A DNA stretch of 52,905 bases, filler included, from Bipalium vagum (GCA_037834085.1; 3 parts of 3 records of this genome joined end to end with filler, not necessarily neighbours in it), one strand, 5' to 3'. Numbered from the whole stretch's first letter, positions 24,548 through 37,841 are shown. Translations and numbers: made by a program. The notes: generated by a model from the letters alone, not told the origin.

Positions 24548-27500
24548 ATGATGGCAAAGGCTAGGACAGCTAAAAGTGTAAATACTTAAAACTTGTTATG
24601 TGCAATTCTTAATTTTATTTTTAGATTTCTGCCAATCTTATTGATTATGATGAAAACATTGATGAAATAGTTCTAACGAAATGGGATTTGAAATCAAAAT
24701 TAAATTCCGAAGTAATTTATAATAATGATTTCGTAAAATGTTATGAAAATGGAAATGGTTAATAATTAAATAAATTAATTTTTTTTAATGGTTGTTATTA
24801 GATTTTAGCCTGAAAACATTAGAAGAGGAAGGATTTTCCACTCCGATCTTATTTAAAAATAAATCAGGACTTGGGTTGATGTATTGAAATACTAACTGTT
24901 AGCTAAAATTTCATACTCACTTCCGTTTAGTTTGCCATCTGATGATTTTACAGTTGATAATGTAGCTGTACATGTGGGGAAAAATCGAATATTAGACGTG
25001 GTTGATGTTCACACTCAAGATGCTATTGGTATGAAAATGAGTGATTGGTGCGAATATTATAAGAGCCCCAATAAAACGCAGTTGTTAAATGTAATAAGCT
25101 TAGAATATAGCCAGAGTCAATTAGATTCGATTGTGAAAGCACCTGACGTGATTCTTGAGTTGGACTGGTTGGAAAATTGCTGGCCACAGAAATGTAGAGA
25201 TATCACCATTGACAATAAAAGTTATTTGAAAACCCTCACATATCCAAAAGTGCGAAAGTATAAATTATTTGTTCTTTTAAGAACTATTAACAGAACAATC
25301 AAGGTATTGTTTGATGAGTGTAGCAGGTTGTTACACAGATTTTCACATTGATCTCGGTGGTACATCTGTTTGGTATCACATTTTCCAGGGAGAAAAGGTA
25401 AAATTCATCTTGTCTTAAAGTATATTACTTAGTAGTGGATTTCAGATATTTTGGATTGCTCCACCAACTAAAGTAAATCTGGAAACTTATGAGAAGTGGT
25501 GCTTATCAAGTGATCAGGCCGCTTGTTTTTTCCCCGATCTCATTCCAGATTGTGGCAAAGTTCATTTGAAAAAAGGAAACACTTTCATGATTCCCAGCGG
25601 GTGGATCCATGGCGTTTACACACCAGTTGATAGTTTAGTCTTCGGTGGCAACTTCTTGCACTCTTTTAGTGTTCCAATGCAGCTCCGAATTTGGGAAGTT
25701 GAAGAAAAGATAAAGGTTTCATTGATTAAAAATTTCCTTAAAATAGTTTTAGTTTTTATGTTAGATTGGCCCTAAATACAGGTACCCTTTCTTTATCGAA
25801 ATGCATTGGTATGTTCTGGCAGCCTTGGTTAGTATCTACACAGGAAAGTCGTACATGAGACGTTGTTATAATAAGGTTGGTTGTTGATAACTGTTGAACC
25901 GTTGATAATTTTCTTTGATTCATATATCAATTGATAAATGAAGCAAAGAAAACTCACAAAACTTTCGAATGAGAAATTTCTGATAAGTTAGGTTCTACTG
26001 TTGTCTGGCCCGATTAGTCTTTCCGGTTTCTCTATATCAACTAATATCATTTTAATAAATTTTAAATGTTGTTTGATATATAATCGGTTTTATACTTAAG
26101 AATTTAAAAAAATCTAGATTCAAATAATCAGGGTTTCATAAGTTTGCCTATCTGATTACGAAAATCTTTTGCTAAAATTAAAATTTTTTCATCATGGTGT
26201 CTAGTTTTCCCTATTATTTCATTTCCCGCTTGATATTAGTAATTCTTTGTCTGATCAGTTCAACCTGTATAGATATGATTTCTGTTTTTCGAGTTCTTTC
26301 CCAAATAATCCAGAGTTGTGAATACAAAAGAACTTACAAATCAATTAGGTTTTTCATTGATTTTATCTTCATTTGTCATTAGTTTAACCTTATAAAAAGC
26401 TACCGATTTTTCTAATGTAAAATGAGTTTCAATTTTATACAAGTGTATGTATCAAGTTTAAAGATAATTAAAATTAAGTTATTAAAAAGGAGTTTGACAA
26501 GAATCTCTATGGTTTTTTGACGGATTTCAGATCTTTATAAAATTAAAATCAAATATATCACACAGAATAAATTTCGTAGATGAATATATTACACTTTCTT
26601 GAATTTTTTACTGGTTACCACACCAGGATTATCTTCAGTTAATCATAATGTTAAATGAAATACATAAAGTTAAATAAATAATGACCTGAGCCTAAGGTAA
26701 AAAAAAGATTTTTGCTTAAAATTTATTTTTAAAATCAACACGAAATGGTAATTTGTTTTAAATTAATAAAATTTTCTTAGTTTTTCATTGAAAATTTAAA
26801 ATCAATAATTTTTAATATTGATTTACCAAATTTATCAGAAATATAAAATTTTTATGTAACAAAATTCTCTCCATGTTTTCCAATTGTTTTATTTTTGAAG
26901 TGAATCAATATTTATTTTTTCAAATTAAAAGCAATCGATAACTTTGAAATATATAAAAAACGAAACCAGTAATCAACAGGTCTAAATCATTACAAAATAT
27001 CCAATGTCTGGACCAGTGGGCATTAATACAAAAAGTTGTGATGTTTTATATACTGTAATACAATAAAGTTCTTAAAGTTGTCTTCATTTATGATTTCAGT
27101 TTTTTATTGAAAATGAAAAGATTTTTTAAAAAGAAGCGATTTTTAAGTCTCTGTTAACTGGCAATAAATCTCTAGGAGGACTGTAAATCTTTATCCAGCA
27201 AAAAGACTTTGCATCAATTCGAAATGAAGAGTATCAAGTACATTTCTCATTGGCTCAAGCATGTTTCTTTTGACCTATCAAAATTCATCCCAATCAATAT
27301 CGACGATCCTGCACAACTGCTCTTAGATGCTGCTGAAATTAAAGATTCCTGGGATTCGAACCTAACTGTTCCAAATCATGTACGCAAAAAAAATTGGATC
27401 AGTTTACAAAACCATTTTATTATATTTAAAATCGATTTTGTTTTGAGATTTTTTGATTCAATCGTTTTAAAGCTAATTTTAATTTTTGCAAAAAATTGAG

Positions 27501-29031
27501 TATGATCCTATAAAATACTCCGTTTTTTAAAATCTTTGGTGATTTAAAACAATTTTAATTCATTAATTTAATTAATAGAAAGGCGGAAAAAATTTAAGTT
27601 GATATTGTAATTATTTTGGAAAATTCGGTAAGGATTTCTTGGCCATATTTTTTTTATCATTGATTATCTATATTACCACGACTAAGGTAATAGATTAAAT
27701 ATGAAATAAAAATCGGGTAGTCTTTCAATTAAATTAATGGTAATGTTAAAATATTTTTGTTAAGTTATGACGAAATTAATTTTCATAATATATAAGGATG
27801 TAGAAAATTATTAATTTATTAACAAATTTATGTATAAATAAATTAAAATCAGATTTTTAAAAAATTCTTTTAATTAGAATGTATAATTAAATTGTATCAG
27901 ATTTTCAATTATTCTTAATCTTTATCTATAATCAATAATATTTTTCAAAAAATGTTACACTAGGGTTAAATAAAGTACTTAAATGTGGAATATAAATTTT
28001 TTGATTCATATCATTTAAAAGTATTTTAATTTAATTCTATTAAAATTAATCAACAATTTTATTGATATTCTATGTGCACTGATATTAAAAATATCAAGAT
28101 TTATCTTACTGATCACATAAATTAATAAAAGTACTCAAAATTTATTATTTTATTGTTAAATGAAATTTTTAAACAGTTCTATATGATAGTCTCACCATTT
28201 CTGATAATTAAATCTGGATGTCTGGTCAAGATTGGTGATTTTCCAATCTCAAAATTTTACAAAATATCATTTTGATTTTATGTTAAATATTAACACTTTA
28301 TAATAATGTGATTACTAATATAATTATTTATGAGATAAGTAATTATTGTAAAGAATAACTCATTGTAATAAATATTTTGCTCACAGTATGGTGTAGGTTA
28401 ATATCACTTGGTCGATTGTTTAAATAACATTTTTATGTCTAATATTTTGACAATTAGATGATCAAGTAATATATTTTCGACTTCAACAATAATATGTAAA
28501 CAATATTTACTAATAATACTAGTTCCATGTATTCTATTCTCCTTAACATTTTAAGTTTTTCAAATGTTTTCGTATTTATTTTGTATTTTTATCAGTGTGG
28601 AGAAGACTTTATGATCAAGAATGACAAATCTTTTGAAGAGGATCAATTTTATTACAGTAATTTTAAAATTCACTATTTTTGTACAGTGCAAAAGATTATT
28701 ACTACTTCACTATTATGCAAATCTATTTAGAATCTTCTCCAAAGTTGGGTAAAAAAACTAATGATATGTCGAAATTAATGAAGATAGAGCTTATTCCTAT
28801 TTTGAATAAAGACTTAGGAAAAGTAAAAAAACGTGAGAGAAAGATTAAAGTAAATTCGAACAAATATACTTTATGTTTTGACACGCAGCGATTTAGTTGA
28901 AAAAGGTGAAGTCTGAAACAATGCCAGATGCAGAGATTCCTCGTCAACTCTTTGACAAAATTACTCAACGGACTGGATCCAGACAAATTGTAAGACCTAA
29001 CAGGTTTGTAGAAAATCCGTACTCTCAATAA
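24548..29031 (+). CDS. KDM2: JmjC histone demethylase, KDM2/JHDM1 (FBXL11)-like, ~520 aa, 11 exons
   Basis: Exons 24548-24577, 24625-24757, 24802-24880, 24931-25257, 25304-25397, 25446-25715, 25765-25875, 27176-27379, 28596-28656, 28731-28849 and 28897-29031 give 1563 nt with all phases compatible. Motifs: [69 protein letters not shown]. HxD...H triad intact; AATAAA at 29253. The first exon and last three exons are less certain. Confidence 0.9.
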
Positions 29032-30799
29032 ATAACGGATATCGAAAATTAATTAACGAAAAACTCAAGGAATAGCCAAATATAATAATGGATAATTCCA
29101 GCAGCATTTGTATAGTTCTAAATTTTCTTTTGATCATTTGTATTTGGTCATTGTGAATGTCTCATTGGTTTTATAATTTTCTTTACAAACTGTACATATT
29201 TCCTTTTTTATTGTTATTAACAGTAATTTTTGTTTTTTTATGAAATGTATCAAATAAAAGACGTATATTTACTCTGTTGATTGAAATGTTAATTTTTGGA
29301 CTCGTGTTTATTAAATTTAATATCAATTACATAAATTAACAAGTTGTTGAGCCTGAGACCTCGTTTATATTTTATATATATTAAACAATAAAATAATTAT
29401 TTTAAATGAAATTTAATTACAATTAAACTTATTTTTAACTTATTCAAATTTCTTTTTTCAAGTATAGATAGTAAAGATTTTTTGTTTTGTTTTACATTCA
29501 ATCCTTGTTAAAAAGATATTTAAACTTGTTTTGTGGTGAAGAGAAAACATGTTTGGGTGATTATAAAGTTGAATGATTATTATACATGAGTTACTTTCGT
29601 GTCTTTTTATATTGTTAAGAAACAATAAGATGTTTGGTATTACATTTTGTCAGTTATCTGAATAGTTACATTTCAATGTATTATCCAAAAAATAAATAAT
29701 GGTTATATATAATTTTATGGTTATTCTTAATGAAATAAATTTTATCCGTTATTGTTTTCAGTAATCATAATATACCATAATTCTCAATTACAACTTAGCT
29801 CAATCTCACTAATTGAAATCAATTTATTACACTTATTCAGAAAAGGTGACATGATGAGACAAAATAAACATTTTTCTGTAACATATTTAGATTGTTGATT
29901 ACTTAGGTATTTTGGTTAACTTTTATTTTATTATAATAAAATTATTTTTATCTTTACTTTGTTTTTCCCAATGTCTTTAATATTTATAAATTTTATTTCT
30001 CTATTTAGATTAATTTCCTGTATACGAGGGCTTATTTTTAAATGATTGCTAAATCTAAGAAACTCGTTTTCCAATCTAAGTTATCGACATTTTTTGACAT
30101 TTACAAGATATTCTAGTTGTGTTTTGCCAAAAATATTTTAGTGGTAAAATTGGATTCCTTTAATTTTGTTTTAAAGGGAAACAACAACAGAAGAAGAACC
30201 ACAGCACACTTATTTATTTGTCGGCTTTTAAATATTGTTGAAAGACATTGAAAATTTCTTCAACTTTTTTAGAAGTTGAATATTTATTATAAATGTATGT
30301 ATTATATAATTTCATGTGGACCCTTATGTTGTTAACGATATATAAAAGAGGAAAGTTATTAAAGACCGCATATTTTTTAAAAAGGAAAATGATAAGTTAT
30401 ACAAAAAAAATTTAGAATTTTTCATTGATCCATTTTGACTTATGATAAGAAATCAATATATATTTTTATTGAATTATTTATTAGGTTAGAAAATGACATT
30501 GAAATATTTTATTTTTCACTTAATTATCAAAGAAAATTTATCTTTTTTGTAATCAAATTAAGCTTAATATATATTGTCAATATATATATCACTGTATTAT
30601 TATATTTTAGAACAATATAAATAAATTTTATTGTCACCTTTGTTTCATATATGAAGATATTTCACAAGATTTTTATTATTTGTTAAGTAATGACTAAATC
30701 TAAATGGTGTAGTATTATTCTTATGAAATTGGTCTTAGAACATTTTATTCATTTATTTATATTAAAATAATGCAACATATCTGCATTTTCATTACCAAT

Positions 30800-31079
30800 A
30801 TTTTTATTCTGCCTTCAAAGAAATTGATTTTACAGGAGTCTAAAAATCAAGTTTCTTCTTACTTTCCCTAACAAGTTTACCTTTGAGGTATACACTTTTT
30901 GATAAAAAATGTTTAAAAAAAACTTTGACACTTGCAATGTTTAGCACTTCAAATAACACCATTGAAATGTTAAGTTTTCCTAAAAGCTTGATTTTACAAG
31001 AACGGAACTATGTCTTTTAGGTCGCTTAACAAGATTCAGACTCTCAGAAGGATTTACGGGCGAAAGTTAGGAACACTAC
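30800..31079 (-). mobile_element. mariner 3' remnant truncated by an LTR
   Basis: Minus strand shows a degenerate SPD..S..L..LK region and a KC...KG..V C-terminus. Confidence 0.4.
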
Positions 31080-32113
31080 TGTCACAGAAAAATAAAACAA
31101 ATCGATCAAAATATAAATGACTAAGATAACAAATTTTGATAACAAAATCTTTATTATAAATTGAGATACCCGGGTTCGATTTACAACAATTAATTGGATT
31201 TGTGATGATTACCAGAATCTTTAAACACAGGCTTAGCCTAGTGTGTTAAAGCCCTCAGGAAGTTTACCAGCTAACTGCTGTGTAAACTTTAAAAGAAAAA
31301 GGAAAAAATAGAGAAACAAGAAAACAATTATTTAATCAGCGGGGAAGAACCGAGTAATTAATTTTAAGGAACAATTAATTAGCAGTTAACGTCAATCGGT
31401 AAAGATTGCGTAACTAGGTTTAATAAAATTAGAATAATTTTAATCAACTCTTCTGTACTCACAGAGAGATGAATTGTAAATAAAAATAATAATATTTAAA
31501 ATAATATACAAGATAATATAAATAATGTACTTTTTAAGACTTGTCGATGCTAAATAGGCCCAAGTGAAAGTGAAATGTTCTCTTCGATTTGATTTAGCTT
31601 TACCCTTTTATATTGTCGGTAACCTAATATGTTAATCGTGGCTCTTGTGTAGTGATCCGATTGTTAATTAGATTATGGTTTATTTGGTCGACGTGGATTT
31701 TTGTTTTGATCAGAAAGTGATATTGGAATTTGCTTTTCGACCTTTAAATTCTTTTCCAAAGTTGGACTTGTTTTTACTGGTTATGTCTTGAACCTTCCTT
31801 TAATGAATGCGTCTATTGTCTGAAATTGGTGGTGACTTTTTCTCTCGGGTAAGCTTTCTTTTATATTAATTATTTTGTATATTTTATTATTTTTAGTAAC
31901 GTATGTGTTGCTATTTTTATATGCTTTAACTTTCCTAAAATAAACTTTATTATTTTTTGTGTATTTTTATATTTTTAGTAAACGCTTAGTTTCTATTTTT
32001 AGTTTATTATTAAATTTTATTTTTTCTCCAAGACTTTAATGACGCTATTGATAATATTAATAATAACAATAATAATAATAATTAATTAAAGAGTCTTTTG
32101 GTGGTCAGCCACA
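31080..32113 (-). mobile_element. Probable solo LTR (~1.03 kb)
   Basis: TGT...ACA termini; minus-strand TATAAAAGGG near 31605 and AATAAA near 31150; non-coding; no matching target-site duplication. Confidence 0.5.
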
Positions 32114-32129
32114 AAGTTTTACAAAATAA

Positions 32130-34275
32130 AATAAAAAATTTATTGATCAAGTACAAATCAGTAAAGTTGCTCAAAAATGAAATGTAAATAAAAAATGTTT
32201 ATTATGGGTTTATTGTGGGATGCTCCACATAAAAAAACATCCATCGATCTGCCAAATTAAAGTCTGGACTATATGCTGATGAACGAATGAGAATAACTTG
32301 ACGTCGTACAAAAACTGTTTTGTTGCTACAGCTGAATGGGGATGTGCATTGTCAGGTCTTGTTGTTAATGATCGAAGAATTCTTCATTTTTCTCAAGTTC
32401 GATGAACAAAATAGACTTACTCTTTTGCTGTCACTGTTTGACCAGGGCGAAAGGTTTCTTTATTGCACTACCAATCATCTGTGCACGTAAGAAGGAACAA
32501 TGTCTTTTTATTTGTCAACTGGGGCAAAGTTGGGACCAGCCAATCTTTATTGTCCCGTTTGGTCTGGAGTACATCGAATAAGACCAAAGTTTCATTCTCT
32601 GTTGTCCAGTAACGTAGGTAGTCATCGTCCTTATTGTTGATGTCTAACAAGATGTGTGGAATCCATAGTGAACAAATTTTCTTCAATCCCAAGATATTGG
32701 TAACGATGTGCCTTATTGTATCCTTATTGCATCCAACTAAATCAGACAGCATTCTGAGAAATTGTCTCGCTTTTTCATCCACAGAATGTTTGAAAAATGC
32801 CACGTTCTCTGTGTTTGCAGTTGAGGATCTTCCAATTCTGTGTTGGTCACACAAGGATGTTTGACTTCCATCAATGAAATCTTTCCATCAATATCATATG
32901 GTTGCACATGAGGGAACGTTACTCAAATGGATATCCAACAGTTGCGGCTCGTTCAGGCTTTACAGGGTGTCCCATAATTCCCCGCGGAAAGTAAACTTAA
33001 ATATTTTTAAAGCAGATTGAGATATTTAATTGCTTGCTTTATAAAATTAAAGACAAATCTTTTAATTTTTATTTCATATAAAAATAGTTACAACAATTGT
33101 TCGAAATGACTACCATTAACTGATAAACATAAATTCGTCCTTTTTACAATATTTAAAAACACGCTTTTCAAAGTTTCTGTGGTAACATTTTTTATTTCTT
33201 CGTTGATTTTTGTTTTAAATCGCCAATATTTTTGATTTCAGATTTGTATATCTTATTCTTTAAATGTTCCCATAAATAGAAATCAAGAGGAGTTAAATCT
33301 GGTGAACGTGAAGTCGATCGAATTGAACCACCTTTCCGGAAAATGTGCGTCAAGATACCGTCGTACATTTGTTGAAAAATGCGCCATCTTGCTAAGACCG
33401 TACTTTGTACATTTTCCTCACTTCAAACATAAAATAGGCTTGAAGCATTGATAGATAATTTTGGCCATTAACAGTCTCATCTTCAAAGAAATACGGAACG
33501 ATAATTTTATTTTTTGAGTAAGCGCACCAAACATTTACCTTCTGGGATTTTCTATCAGTTTTAAAAGTAACATGTGGATTACTTTTTGACCAATATCTGA
33601 CTTAATGTTTATTTACTAATCCTTTTAGGTAAAACATTGCTTCAACCGAAAAGAAAATATTTTCCTGAATATTCACATTTTTTCATTTGGATAGGGTTTT
33701 GCAAATCTCAATTCTGTCTTGCAAATCCTGTTCATGTAATTCCTACGTGAAATGGATCTTACACTGTTCTCTCATAATTCGATGGGTTGTTTTTTGCGAA
33801 ATGGAGCAGGTGGTTGCAACAGGTCGAACACTGCATTGTGGGTCACTTTTTATAAATTCACTCATTTTCTGAACTTCATCTTCAGTGATCAGCCTTGGTC
33901 TTCCAGAACGTTAACGATCGTCCACCGAGCCAATCTCACAAAAACGATAAAAAGTCCTCTTATAGCACTTTCACTTGGTGAGGTTTTCCCAAATTCAGCA
34001 TTTAATTTCCGTTTAACAGCAAAAATTAAGTTGAATTTGGCCATTAAAGTACAAATTTGATTCTTAACTTCAAATCAAGTGGCATTTGCTAAATTTAATT
34101 TTAGAATATTAAAACAAACTTAAACTTAAATATACTTTAATATTATATAAATAGAAATTTCAATCGATTGAATTTAATGAAAGATGTTTAAGTTTACTTT
34201 CCACGGGGACTTAAGGTACACCCTGTATCTCTAAAAAGACATAAGAGCGATAATGTTCTTTTTTCAAATCCATTT
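32130..34275 (-). mobile_element. mariner-like element interrupted by a DD41D insertion
   Basis: The N-terminus MDLKKEHYRSYVFLE (~34273) continues at 32960 past the insertion. Also LGLKKICSLWIPHIL, YWTTENET and DNAHPHSA. Confidence 0.7.
32963..34225 (-). mobile_element. rosa/DD41D-type element, full length, defective
   Basis: ~40-bp TIRs CAGGGTGT....CC(G/A)CGGAAAGTAAACTTAA with TA duplication. Motifs KVNVWCA, IIVPYFFE, QDGA and RSPDLTPLDFYLWEHLK; frameshifted. Confidence 0.88.
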
Positions 34276-34499
34276 CAATAAATCGTTGCATTAATTAATT
34301 ATTATAAAAAAATAGTTTATATAGACTCCAGTGTATATCTGTGTAAGCCCCTTTTTAATTGATCAATTCTTTGATGGATTTGTGATTGGTCAAAAGCAAT
34401 TTCATTATTATAAAAATAGATTTCCAAGAATAGAATATTTAATCTCATCAGTTTTTAAACTTACAAAATACTTATATCAATTGCGAAGTTATTAATAAA

Positions 34500-34950
34500 T
34501 CGAAAAACCTCATGTTGGACTAAATCTGGACTACAAGGTGTTCAACTTTTAATCCAACTTTCACTCATAACCATTTTTGAAAAAATCTTTGATCAATAAA
34601 CTTACGTACATTTATATTTAAGTCATTTTTCCAAAATCTTTTTTCAAATGTAAATCATTAATAATCGATGAACTCGTTGATCAAGGTTTCAGTAATTTCA
34701 GCGGTAGCCACACTTGAATTCTTATATGCAATTTCATGAATTCGTTCAGCGAGTTCCGGTGTTGAGACAATTTATGAAATCCACTGTGTGCGTAATATTT
34801 GATGTTTGTTCGACGATGTTTAAATTTCAAAGTCCATCGAAAATCAGTAAAAAAAATAAAGGCGTAGATGATCCAAATATTTTAAAAATTTAGCTGTGAT
34901 TTTTCGATGTAGTTAATCTTTCCAGAATAGAAAAATTGAAGACTGCACGA
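34500..34950 (-). mobile_element. mariner remnant
   Basis: Minus-strand FRWTLKFKH, STPELAERIHEI and PCSPDL fragments. Confidence 0.45.
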
Positions 34951-36848
34951 TATTTTTTCATATTAAAATAATAAATGACAAATCAAATTCAAACATTCTA
35001 AACAATATTCAAAATTTTTAAATATGATTAATAGTGATTAAAGGTGTTGCTTTCATAACTTATCACGAAACCCATATGTAATTTTTACTTTATTTCTTAT
35101 CGCTTGGTGCATAATCTTGTTGAATCTTTCAAATAACTCGGTGAATGTTACATTTTACGTTGTCACATTCCAGAATATGTTTGAAAGATCGAAATATCAT
35201 ATTACTTTTCTCAAAAATGTTTTATATGTACTGTAATGCTCTAGTAATTTTTGAAAATCATAAAATAAAAGCTAATTTAATTTAATTCTATCTCCAATAT
35301 TTCAAAGAACAGAGAATAATTAATTTGGCAGTCTTAATTAATTGTAATGAAAGTAAAATAATAAAATTAAAATTGTGGTTGTTTGAAAGAAAAACTCAAA
35401 AAATTATGAATGATCATTTAAGATAATCTATAAAGAACAGATATCTAAATAGTATAATAATAATTAAAATTGTGTACTTAATTAATTAAAATAATAATAA
35501 TAATAATAATTAAAAATAATAATTAGAAATAATGAACAGCACACATTTCCGAAAGTATGAAGATTTCGTTGCCATTATGACACTTAATCCCAAAATACTT
35601 AATCAATATTTTTGATAATATATCATTTTCCTTAAATTCTTAAAAAATTCAGAAAGCTTTATTGAAAATCATTTATCATAATTAATAAGTCATTAATACT
35701 ATTCCCAGTGTGAAATTAAAACTATCAATATTTTAAAATTCAATTTTTAAAAATTAATCTAGCTTTGATCAATAATTTTTTTGGATCAAAGCAAAAATTA
35801 CAGCAAATATATAAATATAATAATTTTTTATTATTTAATATGAAATGTTCAACTTTTATTGAGTTTTTAAAAAAAATATTGGTAATTTTTTTATTTCATT
35901 ATTGATTTCATTATAATTTTATATTATAATTACATTATTTAATTTTTAAATTTTTTATTTATTCATATCAAATGCAATTATTTTAAATTAATTTTTTGAA
36001 AATGTTTTTTTTAATATTATAAATTAAATTATTTAACTTATCGTTTAAAAATTAAAATTTTCTGATATAACAATAACTGAAAAAACGAAATGAATATTGT
36101 CCTAGACTTTTGAAAACGAGAATTCTTTGTAGATTTATTTTATATAAAAATATCTCCATATTTTTTAATGAATAATTAATGAAATTTTGAAAGCTAGATT
36201 AAAATAAATTAATTATTGTGTCACTCAAGCAATTTTTATAGATATTTTGTTACTTTCACCCAAGCCTTTAATATTTCGATCTCTATTTTAATTTTTAATT
36301 TATTCATTCCTTCTAACGAATAGATAGTAATAATACAAGGTTATATAAATAAGGTAAAAATAAAGGTATCAATTTTCGTGATTGAAAAGTTATAATAAAA
36401 CATCATTTTTAGTAATATTGGTTTTCATTAAAACTATTTTTAATGATTTGACACATTTGTTAATATCCATAAAATCCATAGAGATTTGATGATTACTGAA
36501 ATGTTAAGTTAATCAAAATAAATTATTCATTAATAATATTATTATTTCTGGTGTTATAACTGATAAAATAAAAATTTTCATTTAACATTACTAATAGTTA
36601 ATTTTTAGTTTTCATCAGTTAATTTAATAAGTTTTTATGTAACCATCAATATAAAAGGTGGAAATGAAATTCTTCATTATTCTTTTAATTTTAGACCATA
36701 AAATTATTTAATGAAAAGCTTCATTTCGGAATGTGTCTTACTATCTACGAGGAGCAGTAGAAAAGTTTCTGGAATGGATAATATGGATGGGTTTAGTAAA
36801 AAATAAAAGATTTAATCATAAAATACATTATTTTAATATTATATATTA

Positions 36849-37046
36849 CAGGGTTATTCAGAAATATATAGAAAAATATTCAAAATACAGGTTGTCCCAA
36901 AAGTCAGTGGTAATATAAATGATAAAAATTTCATAATTTTGAGAACAATATCATGACATATTTTTAATAAAGAACAAGTAGACTAATCAAAGTTTTATTT
37001 TATTCAACTTGGTTGCCGTCAAGCTGTATACATTTTACAAGACGCT
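36849..37046. mobile_element. Second copy of the 2564-type arm with another element inserted at a TA
   Basis: TA|CAGGGTTATTCAGAAATATATAGAAAAATATTCAAAATA matches 2564ff. It is cut at 36888 by CAGGTTGTCCCAAAAGTC, which carries a minus-strand transposase end RLVKCIQLDGNQVE*. Confidence 0.7.
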
Positions 37047-37146
37047 NNNNNNNNNNNNNNNNNNNNNNNNNNNNNNNNNNNNNNNNNNNNTTAATTAATT
37101 AANNNNNNNNNNNNNNNNNNNNNNNNNNNNNNNNNNNNNNNNNNNN
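37047..37146. other. Assembly join spacer (44N-TTAATTAATTAA-44N)
   Basis: Same 100-bp structure as at 19235. Confidence 0.97.
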
Positions 37147-37766
37147 TATATATATATTTACAGAGAATAATTTTCATTCAACAATGTTTCCAGTGGAATG
37201 AGCACATTAATTATTCCACTAAGAAATGTCAAATTGTTCTGATTTGTGAAAATTGGAATTTCTCATTTCTTATCATTGTCATACAAATGAAAATAATGAC
37301 TCCACTTTTGAGTAATAATGATAAGGATAATAATAAAATCAAAAATTATAATTTTCTATAATAATAATATAAGGAATATTTAAAACACCATTATTATTCT
37401 ATCATAATTATTATTGGTTTTTACTACTATTAATTATTGGTTACTTTTTAATAGAATAATTTATTCTAAATTAATTAAATTAAAATACATTAAAAACATT
37501 TTTGAAAAAGCCGCTAAACTCTACTGTGCTATTGATTTAGCAGTATCATAAACTCATTGTGTTCTCACTAATATTTTTATCAGCCTTTCTCCAAAGGACG
37601 AAGGTCAAAGATCAATCGATGATCAAAATTTAAAATGAAAACCGATGAGAAATGATGACCAAAAAACCAACCATCGGTCATGAACCGGAAATGATTATGT
37701 GACACACAAGTACACATCAAGGAAATAAAATTGAAAAAAAACTCTTTGTGCAAACGATGTTTGCAT

Positions 37767-37784
37767 AATCGAATCGAATCGATC

Positions 37785-37838
<54 letters not shown>
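37767..37838. repeat. (AATCG)n plus (AAT)~17 microsatellite
   Basis: Directly visible. Confidence 0.9.

Positions 37839-37841
<3 letters not shown>

Noticed and set aside
29300-37046. Downstream CK1-gamma exons or KDM2 CXXC/F-box exons
   Set aside because: I looked for EQSRRDD/LPWQG and Cys-rich/LRR coding by eye and found none; small divergent exons cannot be fully excluded.
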